Source: the human T2T-CHM13v2.0 reference genome, Homo sapiens. Taken from it: a DNA stretch of 64,000 nucleotides. The position numbers and the translations under genes are program-made. Of the stretch, positions 13,136 to 26,281 are shown one piece after another. Location: assembly GCF_009914755.1 (NCBI RefSeq), contig NC_060935.1; one strand, 5' to 3'. The notes under the pieces were generated by a model. The model did no database searches. It was not told the DNA's origin and saw nothing but the letters and a program-made list of their open reading frames with translations. Position 1 is the first letter of the stretch; each line of letters opens with the position of its first letter.

Positions 13136-15623
13136 GAGTGAGTTTCTGAGGTCTCTGATATGGTTATGGTCTTCTGGCTCTCGAGCCCTTCAGCCTCATT
13201 CCTCCTCAGGCATTCATTCCTGACCTGTCCCTCATGCCTTTCTGTGTCTCCTGTCTAAGCGTTCTTGCTCCCCATGCCTGATGGGAGTTGAATGCACCTT
13301 TTCCTACAATGTGCACTCACCCCTCAGAACATGTTCTCCTCCAGCCACTCCAGGTACAAATCCAATAAAATCCACCCTGAAGTCAGGAACACTCCCCATT
13401 GGCAGGCCCATGAGATGGGCATTTCTGCTGAGGAAGAAAAATACACAAATATCCAGATATAGAAGAGGACCATGAAAGATGCCCAAACCCCTATGGAGAA
13501 ATGTGGCATTGTCTCAACTTCCTCCCAAAACCACGAAGAGGAGTGTTTTAAATGACATGATCCCATAAGGACAAAGGAAATTGGAGAAGTATGAGCAGAG
13601 GAGAAAAGCCAACAACATTTTAGAAGCTGAAAGTTGATGAGCAGTGACTGTCCTAGTTAGCCAGAGAATATGAGCTAAAAGAGAACTTTATTACATGGGC
13701 CCTGTAACAGGAGACTTAAAAACACCATGGAAAATGTCTCCAAATGTGTGTTCTTGAAAGTTGCTTGTTCAGGTACTTGTCATCGAAATAACTTCCCTTT
13801 CAACCCAAACATCTTAATGTCACCATCACTGACTACAATTTCCTTCTGACTCCATATCTCACAATGGTGGTGCCCTGGGGTAACTGGAGTGCTTTAAACC
13901 CCTTTAAACTCCAGTGGCCCTCTACCGAAGTCACCCAAATAAATACACGATGGAGGTGAAAATGCTGTGCTGGGTATGCAAGCACTGAACAAGATAACTC
14001 TCCAGCCCTCCAACCCTCTACTCCAATCACCATCCTAAGCCCCTCACTCTCCCATACAAACTCTGGAGTGACCACTGGGATCTCAGCCACCGGTTCTTCT
14101 TAATATTCCTCCTCAAGTTAGCATCATGGTCCCCTTTAAAAGTCATCCCCATGCCTACTCTGAGCAATCATTTCATCTGGGTCAGGGGTCTGGATCTCAA
14201 TAGAAGTGGAGGGTATACCAGTAATATTTATTTTTATGGAGGCTTTTCTGGAGTTATATCTAAGATAGTGTGGTCAGAGACATGCCTGTGAGGATTTGCT
14301 TTAGTAGAGACAGAGTTTAGGAAAGCTAGAGGCCCAGAAAGTTAATACATCCATTAGACAGTCTTTCTACTGGGTGCTTGGATGCTAGAGAGTCTGAAAT
14401 GGCCATTGAGGGCACTGCTGAGTGTATAGGAAACCATGCACATTTTGCTCCAGATATCTAGAAGTCAGAACTTATAATTATAGGGGGTAAAGTCTTGACT
14501 CCAACTTGTCCTGAATTGTCCTCAGTTTATGTTGCATGATGTAATAAAAAGACCCAGAGCTTTCAATTTATGGATATGGGTTTCAAGCCCAAATCTACCA
14601 ATTTACCTGTGCGATCTTGCTTGATCATTCTGGACCTTGATTTCCTCAGCTGCAAAACAGAGGCAATAATAATACCAACCTTGCATGGTTGTGTCTAGGA
14701 TTTTAAATAATATACGTAAAAATTTTTCAGTGCAATGCTAATTACACAGGAGCCCCTGAGGAAGTGATGGATATTCTTTTTCTTCTCACTTAGGCAAAGG
14801 CCCATTTCACTGCCACATGGAAGTGAGTATTCCACAAGAATACTCAAGGTAGGGTAAAAATTTTCCTTTAAAAATACCTTAAAATCATCTGACATGTTTG
14901 AATAAGTTTCTTATTTGATTAAGGCCCCACAGTTCTGGGCTCTACAACGGAGAAAAGGAAAAAAAATAACGGATTTAAGAGCAGGAGTTACCAATCAACC
15001 GCCTTCTCAAAAAAGAGTCTCCAATTCCTAAAGAGATGAGTTCTTCATGGGACCAACCAGGATGAATTGCATGCAAAATGTGCTCCAACTGAAGGGATCA
15101 ACCTGTAATTCTCAGTCTTCTTATAAAAAACCCAAACAATTAATTCAGAATGGCTTGAAATGGAGAATATTTTTAAAAGCTCTCCAGTGACCCTAGTGTA
15201 CAGCCAGGATGAAAAGCCACCCTCTTTTTAAAAAATGACCTATTGGATGGAGAAAAAGGATTTTACTCATTTAAATATTTGAAATACCTTCCAAACACAA
15301 TCACCTAAGTCTCAGCATAGTTGCTGCTAAATCACTTGTCAGAAAGTTCTGACACAAAGTCATCTGCTTAAGCAGAGGTGCCTCAGGTTATCTGAGTGTG
15401 TTGAGGCCAAAAGGAGATAACATCAGGCCCAAAAGAAGAGGCAGGTCTGCAGTTGAAGAAGCAGGTAATCTAAAGTTTCAAAAAGGAGATAAGGCAGAAG
15501 CAGAGAGAAACTTTGGAAGTAGGGCAGAGGCCAGTTTGATCACAAGACATGAAGATGCAGAACAAGGTAGCCACAGAATGACTCTTGTGGGCAGCACACA
15601 CACGCCACATTAAATATAGCCTG

Positions 15624-15930
15624 GGCCGGGTGCGGTGACTCATACCTGGAATCCCAGCCCTTTGGGAGGCCGAGGCAAGTGGATCACTTGCACCCAGGAT
15701 TTTGAGACCAGCCTAGGCAACATGGTAGAACCCCATATCTACAAAAAAATACAAAAAATTAGCCAGGCATGGTGGCACGGACCTGTAGTCTCAACTACTC
15801 AGGAGGCTGAAGTGAGAGGATTGCTTGTGCTGGGGAGGTCAAGGCTGCAATGGGCTGTGATCATGCCACTGTACTCCAGCCTGGGTGACAGAGTAAGGTT
15901 GGAGTGCAGTCTCAAAAAAAAAAAAAAAAA
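15624..15930 (+). mobile_element. AluJ
   Basis: Dimeric Alu with GGATTGCTTG...GGGAGGTCAAGGCTGCA and an A18 tail. Confidence 0.9.
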
Positions 15931-16430
15931 CCCTGCAGCCTGCACCACTCCTACTGGTAGGCTTGCTCTGGTATCAGCACTTCAAGCAGGTGATAACACT
16001 ATGAAGTTTATTTTTAATTGCTAGGTGTGGTGGTTGTCCTTCTTCAGAGTAAAAATGCACTTTCTTACTCCCTTTGAAGTGAGATGTGGACCTGTGCATT
16101 GATCTGGCCAAGAAAATGTGACCAAAAATGACCTGGACACTTCCGATGGGAGCTTTAAAAGCCAGTGCACAATTTATCACTGATCCTTTTCCTGCTTCAG
16201 TCATCATGGAAGCCCAGGTCAGGATGGAACTCCCACCAGCCTGGATTGCTGATTAAGGATGCTCCATGTTAGCACAAAAAAATGAGTTGTTGTGTTAAGC
16301 CACAGAAATTTGGAGGTGGTTTCTTATTGCAACATAACTAGTCTCCATGGCTTGAGATTATTAATGGGATTTTTCTAGCTTAGAGTTTCTCAATTTTGGT
16401 AGGATTGATGTTTGGAGTTAATGCTTTCTT

Positions 16431-16669
16431 TTTTTTTTAATTATACTTTAAGTTTTAGGGTACATGTGCACAACGTGCAGGTTTGTTACATATATATACA
16501 TGTGCCATGTTGGTGTGCTGCACCCATTAACTCATCACTTAACATTAGGTATATCGACTAATGCCATCCCTCCCCCCTCCCCCCACCCCACAACAGGCCC
16601 CAGTGTGTGATGTTCCCCTTCCTGTGTCCATGTGTTCTCATTGTTCAATTCCCACCTATGAGTGAGAAC
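16431..16669 (-). mobile_element. L1PA 3' end
   Basis: TTATACTTTAAGTTTTAGGGTACATGTGCACAACGTGCAGG... with TSD ATGCTTTCTT at 16421-16430 and 16670-16679. Confidence 0.93.
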
Positions 16670-16787
16670 ATGCTTTCTTGTGGGGATTGTCCTGTGTATT
16701 GCAGGATGTTGAGTGGCCTCCCTAGCCTCTACCCACTAGACACCAGCAGCACCCCACCCCAAGTTGTGACCATGAAAAATGCCTCCA

Positions 16788-17071
16788 CCAGTATGATTCC
16801 ACTTATGTGAGGTACCTAGAGTAGTCAAAATCATGGAGACAGAAAGTGAAATGATGGTTGTCAGGGGCTAGGAGAAGAGGGAAATGGGGAGTTAGTGTTT
16901 AATGGGTACAGAGTCTCAGTTTTGCAGAATGAGAAGAGTTATATGGATGGATGGTGGTGATGGTTGCACACCAGTGTGAATGTGCTTAATGCCACTGAAC
17001 TATACACATGATATGGTTCAAATGGCTAATTTTATGTTAGGTGCTTTGTCACAATTTTTGAAAATGGAAAA
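16788..17071 (+). mobile_element. L1MB-type 3' end
   Basis: TATGATTCCACTTATGTGAGGTACCTAGAGTAGTCAAA...ATGGTGGTGATGGTTGCAC with TSD AAAA(A/G)TG(C/T)CTCCA. Confidence 0.85.
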
Positions 17072-18494
17072 AAAAGTGTCTCCAGACATTGCCAACATAC
17101 TCGGGAAAGCAAAATCGCCCCTGGTTGAGAACTAGTGTTCCAGCTGTAGCACAACACATTCAATTGTATAATATGTGTAAAAACATGGGCCTAGGGCTCA
17201 GCCCTGCTTTTTGCCATTAAGGGTTAGAATCTCATCTCTCCTAAAATATTTTTTATCTACTCAGATTTTAGGCCAGGATCAAAAGGACAATTGACCTGTT
17301 TGATCTAGAAAAAGCCCGTCTATGGACTCAAAACTGGTGTGATATAAAACTGTAAAAACTCTTACACTGTTTTAAGCTTTCCATCTGATAAACAGTACAG
17401 TAGAGATTCCATTTGGGATAATTTTTCCTGAAACCTACTTGTTTTTCATGCTGATTCTACAGTTAAGGGGCCTGGTCTTAACATGTGTTGAAGCAAAAGA
17501 GTGAGAAGAGCTGAGGGAGACATCAGAGACTTTCCAAATGACAGAATTGCAAATCTTCTGGGCAGTCCTCCCCTGAGGAAGGGGTAGCTTATACTTTGAA
17601 TGCATCTTGAGGAGTATTCTCCACACCTGAGGAATAAATTAAGGCTAATACGGTTGGCTCAGCTCTTGACAAATTGAATTCCATGCTGGGACTGAGGCAG
17701 CAGAGGGCTTTTTACATCTACCTCCACCACCACCACCCTGCCTAAGTCATCTCGGAGAATCCTCTTTCTATCTCAGTATTGGGCCTACATTCTTATACTT
17801 CAGCCCTTTTCCATAATGACCCCTCCAGATTGCCACACTCTAGAACCACTACATAGAAGGCGGCGCTACTGCTGTGTGGACACTTCATCTCAAAGTGAGG
17901 GGTCGGCTCACATGATCGCAGGGCTCCTCTCTCTGGCCTTCTAAAACATTCTCCGGGTTGAGGCTAAAACTGCTCCCCCAAAGCCCCATAATAGGCATGA
18001 ACAGATTATCCTCCCCTTCTTTGTTCCAATGGCTGGAATCCTTAACTAATCCTCTCCCCACAAAGTAGGGCTGATTTCACAAGCTGTTACTTCAGCTGCT
18101 TGCTCTGCCATCTGCTCTTGATTTGCTTGGTGAACACCTCCAGGGTGCTCAGAGCTGCCCTGTCACACTTCACCCCACTCAGCTTCTGGCCCCCCACCCG
18201 CAAACACATCTGCATCTGCACAACCCTCCCATGCTCCAGTTCTGCCCACTGTTGATCCATCCATCTGCGCTCCAGGCCCCAGCACCTTGGGAGCTTATGC
18301 TGTCAATTACTTGCGCTTAGTTCAGAATCTTTAGCCTCTCCACATCCATGGCTCTTTCATTTACTCAATGTAGTAACATGTTTAAACCTCTCCCATCCTG
18401 GAAAAAACAAAAAAAAAGTCATACATTCATTTAACCCTATCTCCCTCTCTAGCTTAAAGTAATCTGTAATCTTCCTGGCCATTTATTTACTCCA

Positions 18495-18936
18495 TGTCCC
18501 AGGTTGAACGGTATTCACACACTCCCAAAAATTCATGTTCTTCCTAGGAATCTTAGAATACGAATTTATTTGGAAATAGGGTTGTTGCAGATGTAATTGG
18601 TTAGGAGTGGACCCTTAATCTACTATGACTGGTGTCCTTAGAAGGAGAGGAGAGGGAACACAGACATACACACAGAGAGGAAGCCATGTGATGACAGAGG
18701 CGGGAACTGGATGATGCGTCTACAAGCCAAGGAATGTCAGGACTTGCAGAAACCCCAGAAGCAAATGGAAAGGCATGTAACAGATTCTTCCTAGCATCTT
18801 CAGAGAGAGCGTGATGCTGCCTACACCTTGTTTTGAACTTCTAGCCTCCAAAACTGTGAGAGAATAAATTTCTGTTGTTTTATCAAGACACCTAGTTGCT
18901 GTTATTTTGTGACAGCAGACCTAGAAACTGAATATA
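18495..18936 (+). mobile_element. MLT1 (MaLR) solo LTR inserted into an L2
   Basis: CCCAAAAATTCATGT...TTATTTGGAAATAGGGT...CTAGCCTCCAAAACTGTGAGAGAATAAATTTCTG. L2-like sequence on both sides. Confidence 0.85.
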
Positions 18937-19660
18937 CCCCTTAAACCACTGCGGTTTTCCTTTTGGTTCCAAGATTCTTTCATGTATGACCTGTGAGAGC
19001 CAAATCCAGTCTTTATTTGGCCTCTCTGGAGCACATGCGACTCATTTATTCCTTGTTGTTGCTCCTCCCCAACATCCTTCTTGGCCTCCTTCATTGCTTC
19101 CTAATCTCACAGCCATCTACCGCACAGTGGAGTCCCTGGGTTCATCACCACATCCTCCCACTCTATTCATGCTCCACTGCAATCTCATCCAAATACCAGC
19201 TCTCCTCCTACCCCCCATGCTGATGATTCCCCAAGCCCTCTAGCCCAAGCATCTCTCCTGAGATCTACTTTTGAGTTCCCCACTGCTTCCTGAACATTTC
19301 CACTTAGAACTTCTACAAGCACCTCAAAAACTACATGGCTAAAATGGAAGTCATGGTCTAGAAGCCTCCTTCCCAAATAAACTTGCTTTTCCTCCTGTAA
19401 CCGGAATGTCTATGAGAGGCTTCACATTCACACAGGGGCATAAGCCAGACACCTGGCATCTTCTTGGGCTTCTCCCCTGCACCCTTCGCCATAGTCACTG
19501 AGGCCAAAGGACTCTGCCTATAAGGGTTCAGGGAATGCATCCTCTGCATCCCTGCTGCAGCTGCTTTAGCTCAACTTCTTACTACCTCTTGTGACTAGTG
19601 GAGACATCCACTACACCCAACTTTGATGCTGCTCTGGGAGCACTTTCTTATACCACCTTG

Positions 19661-19810
19661 TTTTTTTGTTTTTTTTGTTTTAATTTTATTATTATTATAC
19701 TTTAAGTTTTAGGGTACATATGCACAACGTGCAGGTTTGTTACATATGTATACATGTGCCACGTTGGTGTGCTGCACCCATTAACTCGTCATTTAGCATT
19801 AGGTATATCC
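19661..19810 (-). mobile_element. Very short young L1PA 3' end
   Basis: T tail, then ATACTTTAAGTTTTAGGGTACA...TTAGCATTAGGTATATC. TSD ACCACCT(T/A)GTTTT. Confidence 0.9.
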
Positions 19811-19934
19811 ACCACCTAGTTTTAAGTCACTCCCCTGCTTCAAATGCTTCAGGGGTTCCTGGTCGCCTGCAGGATGACGTCCTTAGCATTCCTCCACTTG
19901 GAATAACAAGGCCTTATAGCATCTGGCTCTCAGG

Positions 19935-20170
19935 AGCTTAGAGTGAAGGGACTCTGCATTCAGCTCCAGAACCTACCACATACTTGCTGTGTGGCCCTGG
20001 GCAATGTACTTACTCTCTCTGGGCCTCAGATTCCTCATCTGAAAATGGGGATAATAACAGTACCTACCTCATAGCGCTGTTGTAATGATCAAATGAGCGA
20101 ATATGTTGAGAGTACCTGGAACTGTGTCCAGCATGTAGTAAGTGGGCACTAAATATTAACTGCTGTTGCC
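19935..20170 (+). mobile_element. MIR
   Basis: MIR core GCTGTGTGGCCCTGGGCAA...CTCTCTGGGCCTCAGATTCCTCATCTGAAAATGGGGATAATAACAGTACCTACCTCATAG. Confidence 0.85.
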
Positions 20171-21470
20171 GTAAGTATTACCTTTCTCCACTCATTTCCA
20201 TACAGCTTCCCATGTATGTTGTTTTCCGGCCAAGCAGCACACTCTTCCATCTCAGAATTTAAAAAAAAAAAAAAAAGAGAGAGAGAAAGAAAAAAAAAGT
20301 CCTACCTGTGTTCCCCTGGCTCTTGGCCTTGACACACACTGTCTGGAATACCTTTCCCACCACCTCTTATCCCACGGTCCCTATGAACATACTTCGACTC
20401 ATCTTCTCTACCCTAAGTACCCTCCCCTGCCATCAAACATGCTCTTCATTGAGCCTTCATAAGGCCCTTGTGCTCACCTCTATTGGAGCACAGATCACAC
20501 TGCATTATAAAGGACCATGTCCTGTCTCTCTGTCCATCTTTCAGAGTTTGCCTTATTGATCTTAGTGATGTCAGCACGTGACACTCAGCTGGACAAAGAA
20601 AGCAGGCTCAATAAAGGCTTTAGAGTTCAGTAAAGAATTGTATAAAGGCATAAAATAGAGATGGGATACAAATATTTCCCAGGCTGCCTGGGATAGTCCT
20701 GGTTTAGGCCATGGTCCTGATATAATTACTAACAACACCATCTTTCACTGTCAAAAGTATCTCCTTTGGACAATACATTATAAAGTCACTCTAGGTATTA
20801 GAGCTGTGATTCTCACCCTATCAGGCCCGATTTTCTCTTTGTTTAACAGCTATTTTAGAATATCCTATGCACTATCTTTAAATGAAATTGATAGGCAATA
20901 GAAACTGCCAGTAACAGAATTTCCAAAAAATCAATGTAATAACCTAAAAAGAATGCTAAATGGAAAATGAAGGAGATTTTTAAAAAGTAGCTTAAACTAA
21001 AATTATATATGCAGTATTTTGAGATATAAATGCATAGGTAAGTGACTTACGCTTCTGGCCAAGATGGAGTAACAGAGACCAAAATTACCTTCTGACCTAA
21101 AACAACAAAAATACTGGACAAAATATATGAAACTATGGCCCTCAAGCAACAAAGGGAATCAATCACTGGAATCAAGCAACAAAGGGCAGTGATCCTCAAG
21201 AGATGAGAAACAAAGGAGGCTAGTCCCAAAAGTTTCCAGGCCACAGCACGGGAAGGAAGAATGCAGATGGAGCTCAGAGATCTTCCTGAGTTGAGAAGAC
21301 AGAACTGTAAGTCTGGGAAGGCCAATGTGGCTAGAATTCACAGGGCAGAATATTGAGGAGGAGAGGGCTGTACAGAGACAGAGCTCTGGAAATCTGAAGA
21401 GAATACATATCCTCCTTGACTATTTAACGGAATAGTGATCAGAGTATGCAGGTAAGAAACCTGCCTGAGA

Positions 21471-21781
21471 GGCCGGGCGCAGTAGCTCACACCTGTAATC
21501 CCAGCACTTTGGGGGCTGAGGCAGGTGGATCACAATGTTAGGAGATCGAGAGCATCCTGGCCAACATGGTGAAACCCCATTTCTACTAAAAATACAAAAA
21601 TTAGCTGGGCGTGGTGACAGGCGCCTGTAGTCCCAGTTACTCAGGAAACTGAGGCAGGAGAATCGCTTGAACCTGGGAGGCCAAGATTGCAGTGAGCCGA
21701 GATCATGCACTCCAGCCTGGGCAGCAAAGCAAGACTCCATCTCAAAAAAAAGTAAAGAAAGGAAAAGAAAAGAAAAAAGGA
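21471..21781 (+). mobile_element. AluS (Sc-like)
   Basis: GGCCGGGCGCAGTAGCTCAC...GGAGATCGAG...CATCCTGGCCAAC. 17-bp TSD AAGAAA(C/A)CTGCCTGAGA. Confidence 0.93.
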
Positions 21782-22414
21782 AAGAAAACTGCCTGAGAAT
21801 AGAAAAAGAATCATCTGCAAAGATTAAAGGGGTTAGAGGATTCCCAGTGCTCACAGGGAACAGTCCCTGTTAACATCAGTCAGAATAGAAAATCTCATAA
21901 TTCATGAAGAGAGAGTACTTAGAAGGGTTCTGCCCAGTAGTGAGCAAAACAACCCTAGACCAAATACTATTCTTATCACCTATCAAAACTTACAGGCAAG
22001 GTCTGGAAGGCTCAAAATTTTCCAGGTAGCCTAATTGTATAACAGAACAAAGCTCAGGAATATTTATGGAAATATAAAAACATGCAAGAAGCCAATAAGG
22101 TAAAATTGGTGATCTCTGTCATCTAATCAAAAATCATCATTGATGTGAAGAGGCAAAAAATATGACACATAATGAGGATAAAAATCAATGATAGAATTAG
22201 TAGATAAGATAATAAAATTAGCAGATAAGTATGCTTGAAGCATTGATGTAACTGTATTTCATATGTTCCATAAGCTAGAGTAAAGATTGGGCTTTTAAAC
22301 TATGGAAGATATAGGAAAAAACCCAAATTGAATTTCTAGAAATGAACATTACAGTGTGTGAGATGAAAAATACACTGGATGGAACTAACAGTAGATTAGA
22401 AATTGCAGAATAAT

Positions 22415-22726
22415 GGCTGGGCGCGGTGGCTCACACCTGTAATCCCAGCACTTTGGAGGCCGAGGTGGGAGGATCATGAGTTCAGAAGATCGAGACCATC
22501 CTGACTAACACGGTGAAACCCTGTCTCTACTGAAAATACAAAAAATTAGCCAGGCGTGGTGGCAGGCACCTGTAGTCCCAGCTGCTGGGGAGGCCGAGGC
22601 AGGAGAATGGCATGAACCTGGGAGGCAGAGCTTGCAGTGAGTCAAGAAGCACCACTGCAGTCCAGCCTGGGCAACAGAGTGAGACTCCATCTCAAAAAAA
22701 ATAAAAAATAAAAAAATATAAAATAA
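22415..22726 (+). mobile_element. AluY
   Basis: Y-type diagnostics CTAACACGGTGAAACC, GGAGAATGGC, GAGCTTGCAG. TSD AGAAATTGC(A/G)GAATAA. Confidence 0.9.
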
Positions 22727-23590
22727 AGAAATTGCGGAATAAAATACAAGTGAATTTTAAAACATAGCGATAGAAATTATCCAAAATAAAACACAAGGAG
22801 AAAAAATACTAAAAAAAAAAAAAAAAAAAAAAAAAAAGTAGATCATCATGAAGCTGTGGGACACCTTTAAGCCACCTAATATAAGTGTATTTGGAATTCC
22901 TGGGAGGAGGAGGAACAGAAAAAAATACTTAAAGAAATAAAGTTTGAAAATTGTTCAAATGCTCAGGCAAAACTAACCTGCAAGATGAAGAAGTAGTCAG
23001 ATGTTTACATTTAAACACATAAATCACTATGGAATTGACAGCTACAGATGCAGACCACTGCCAGAGGTGTTATTTGGGTGACTTGAGTTTGAATACTATA
23101 TGTGCTTTTCCTTCTTGGGTGGGACTGCCTGGTATATTCCAGGATGTTCATCATCCCTAGACCTTGCCTAATAAATGTAGTAATACCACCAATCACTGTG
23201 CCTGCCCCCCACCAAAAAAAAATACTCTCTAGAGTGCAGTGCCACTTCTTTGAGAATGATTGGTCTAGAATACACCAAGGATCCAAAAACTGTGGCCTGC
23301 TTCTGTATGGTCTGTAAGCTAAAAATAGTTTTACATTTTTTAAAAGTTGTAAAGGAGTAGGAAGAAGGGGAAGAAGAAACGGAGGAGAAGAAAATAAAGC
23401 AGGAAGAGGAGGAGGAAAAGTGGAAGTAGAGAAGAAGTAGAAGAAATAGTAGTACTAGAAGAAGGAAGTGGGGAAGGGAAGGGCAGCAGAGGTGGAGAGA
23501 AGCAACAGAGACTTTATGTGGTCCATAAAGTCTAAAATAAGATTTTGCTGATCACAGGCATAGATTCCAGGGGGAAAAGGGATATCATTC

Positions 23591-23878
23591 TTTTTTTTTT
23601 TTTTTTTTTTTTTTGAGAGAGAGAGAGAGAGGGTCTCACTCTGTTGCCCAGGCTTGAATGCAGTGGTGTGATGATACTTTACTGAAGCCTCTAACTTGGG
23701 CTCAAGTGATCCTCCTGCCTCAGCCTTCCAAGTAGCTAGGACTGCAGGTACATGCCACCATGCCCAGTTAACTTTTTTGCTCTATCTGCCCAGGCTGATC
23801 TCAAACTCCTGGGCTCAGGCAATCCTCAAGCCTTGGCCTTCCGAGGTGCTGGGATTTTACAAGCATGAACCACTGGCC
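23591..23878 (-). mobile_element. AluJ
   Basis: T24 and (GA)n tail, then GGGTCTCACTCTGTTGCCCAGGC...CTCAAACTCCTGGGCTCAGG...CACTGGCC. Confidence 0.88.
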
Positions 23879-26049
23879 CTTTTCTTCAAGGTGTCTATAA
23901 CCTAAGGGGGAATGTATCTGTTAGAATTAAATCACAGAAGCAGAACTACTTGCATGATATGCAATAAGGAATTTATTATACAAATTAGACTTTATGCAAT
24001 TGTGGGAGCTGATGAAGAAGTCTATGGAAGGCTGCCTTTGTGTCTGGTGGTGGCCAGAAGTCACTGCAGGTCAACAAGGCCATCAGTCGGGAAGAAAAGC
24101 TGCACATAATGTGGGAGAAAGCAAGGACAAACCAGAACCCATGAGAATCAACTAGAACCCACAAAGACAAACTAAAACCCACGCCTGTCTGTCACCACCT
24201 CCAATTTCTTTGGTGGTAACGATCAGAATAAGAAGATGGCACCCTCTGCCACAGAGCTGCACACGTGCCTGCCTGGTACTCTGGGAGCCGAGAGATGGGA
24301 TCAGGTAGAGCTCTAGGAGCAAGGGTTCTGGCTGTGGACCCACATCTGCAAGATGGGACGTAGCTCTGCAGCGACCTGTGCCAGGTGCTCGACATTGACC
24401 TTTGGAACATCACAGTTGCTGCTTTCCTTCTGCCTTCCAATTCTTGAGCAAATTTCTCCTTTGGCCAACCTTAATCCAGAGCCATACAGGGAAAGAGACT
24501 CTGGGAAACATAGTTCTGGCTTAACTAAGTTGAGATAATACAAAGCCCCCGCAGGGAGAAAAGGCTAGCAATTGTAAAATAATAGGAAATAATACAAAAT
24601 GAAACAATAATATAAAATGAGTGACATATGGGAGAGTTCTGGATTTAAATGCTACAGAAATGTGCAGGAAAGTGTGATCAGTGAGATGGCAAGGACCAGG
24701 GAAGCTGCCTTAGGGCCAGTGGGTTGTGAACAGGGCCGGGAAGGGAGCATAGGATCTGACCAGAGACGGAGTAGGGTGGGTACTGGGGGCTGATGAAACA
24801 ACTCAGGGAGTCCAGGGCCAGCAAGGCTTGGGCTAGGACAGTGAGGAGATTGGCTGGACCAGAGAACAAGGCTGGAGGCAGAATTTCAAAGGCTGTGCTA
24901 TGAGAAACATTGTTGCCCCTGACATTTCTGGGCCCCATTGTGAAAGGGACGCTTGGAGAGGATGAAGCCAGTGCATGGACTGCTTAGAGGCCAGCAGCTT
25001 GGAGGCTGTGTTCTGAGGAGGTGAAGGTAGAAATGAACACATATTGAATGCCTACAATGAGTCAGGCTGTGCTGGGGTTTTTTGGTTTTTGTTTTTTGAA
25101 TCTGAGGAAATGGAAAATGAAAGAAGTTCCCCCTTTAGGTGCTGGGCCCCAACAGGTTCAGGGTACTGGATGAACAGAGAGGGCAAAAGCAGGGCATGTC
25201 CACACTAGAGCTGAGAAGGGGCAGAGAGGAGGGGTTTCTCCAGGGGCAGTGCAGTGGAGAGCCAGCTACATGGCCAGGAAGGCTGTGCATGGTGCCAGCA
25301 GCTGCATGGCCAAAGGTTCGCCACACACAGAAATGGGGTTATTCTGGATTGGGGAAGGGACACTGGCAGGGGCATTCACAGCAGGCTGAATTAGCAACTG
25401 GGAGGCAGAAACGTGTGTAGGCAGGAGCACTGGGGTTAGAGCCGCAAGGAAGGATGGCTCCCCTCCTTAGTGAAGGAGAGAAACAAGAAAGCAGCATGCA
25501 GCAAGAATACTTCACCCTATTCCACTTTCTCTCATCTTTTTCACTCTCTCCCAAGTTCCTCCTGTCAGGATCTATTGACTTCAAGTTATACTGACTCCAA
25601 GTATTCTATCTTCTAGAATCTTTTATGAAAACTTACGACAAACATACATTTTGCAAAACAGTGACAGTTACATAAAATGCATCCATTCATTCACAGATCT
25701 CTATTGAATGCGTACTACGTGGCAGGCTCCATGCCAGACACCGAGGATAGGACAACTAAGACAAACCCTGCCCAGTAGCAGACACAGATCTGTAACTAAG
25801 TTTAACCATTAGGGGAAACAGGCAACTCTATTGTCTCTCACTGTGTCCTTAGATCTACTCTCTGGGGATCTTACTCCATCATCCCCCAAAACTCACGCAG
25901 GACATGCACAACCACCCACTCTGTCCCCACCCATGCCTTTCTGGTCACTGTCAGGAAATATAAAAAGTTCTTTGCCTGTAGAATGGTGATTACTAGGGAC
26001 TAGGCTGTTGGCGGGGAGGGTGGAAAGCAGAAAAGAGTTGGGTTTTTTT

Positions 26050-26281
26050 GTTTGTTTGTTTTCTTGTTTTTCTTATTATGCTTTAAGTTCTGGGATACAT
26101 GTGCAGAATGTGCAAGTTTGTTACATAGGTATACACTTGCCATGGTGGTTTACTGCACCCATCAACCTGTCATCTACATTAGGTATTTCTCCTAATGCTA
26201 TCCCTCCCCTAGCTCCCTACCCCCCAACAGGCCCCAGTGTGTGATGTTCCCCTCCCTGTGTCTATGTGTTCTCATTGTTCA
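26050..26281 (-). mobile_element. L1PA 3' end nested in an L1MB-type 3' end (about 25975-26440, +)
   Basis: CTTTAAGTTCTGGGATACATGTGCAGAATGTGCA...CATTAGGTATTTCTCCTAATGCTATCCC. The host resumes at ATGGATATAGAGTTTTAATTTTGC. Confidence 0.85.

Larger units (their letters stand above)
16381..17137 (-). mobile_element. MER20 (hAT-Charlie) split by two L1 insertions
   Basis: Pieces 16381-16430, 16670-16787 and about 17072-17137 rejoin into MER20 (CTCTACCCACTAGA...TGTCTCCAGACATTGCCAA...AAAATCGCCCCTGGTTGAGAAC). Confidence 0.85.
21045..22960 (+). mobile_element. Old L1M 5' UTR/ORF1 remnant interrupted by two Alus
   Basis: A-rich strand, GACTTACGCTTCTGGCCAAGATGGAG-type start, ORF1-like AACCCAAATTGAATTTCTAGAAATGAA...AACAGTAGATTAGA. 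Boundaries approximate. Confidence 0.65.

Noticed and set aside
22810-22837. Stand-alone poly(A) run as a retrocopy tail
   Set aside because: It lies in a naturally A-rich part of the old L1 ORF1 remnant, with no TSD or upstream inserted sequence.
23355-23510. Purine-rich GAA/GGA tract
   Set aside because: Degenerate low-complexity sequence inside a probable MER58-like element, without long mirror symmetry.
6606-23905. ORFs with LSPRLECSG / PASASQ / CWDYR motifs
   Set aside because: These are Alu translations.
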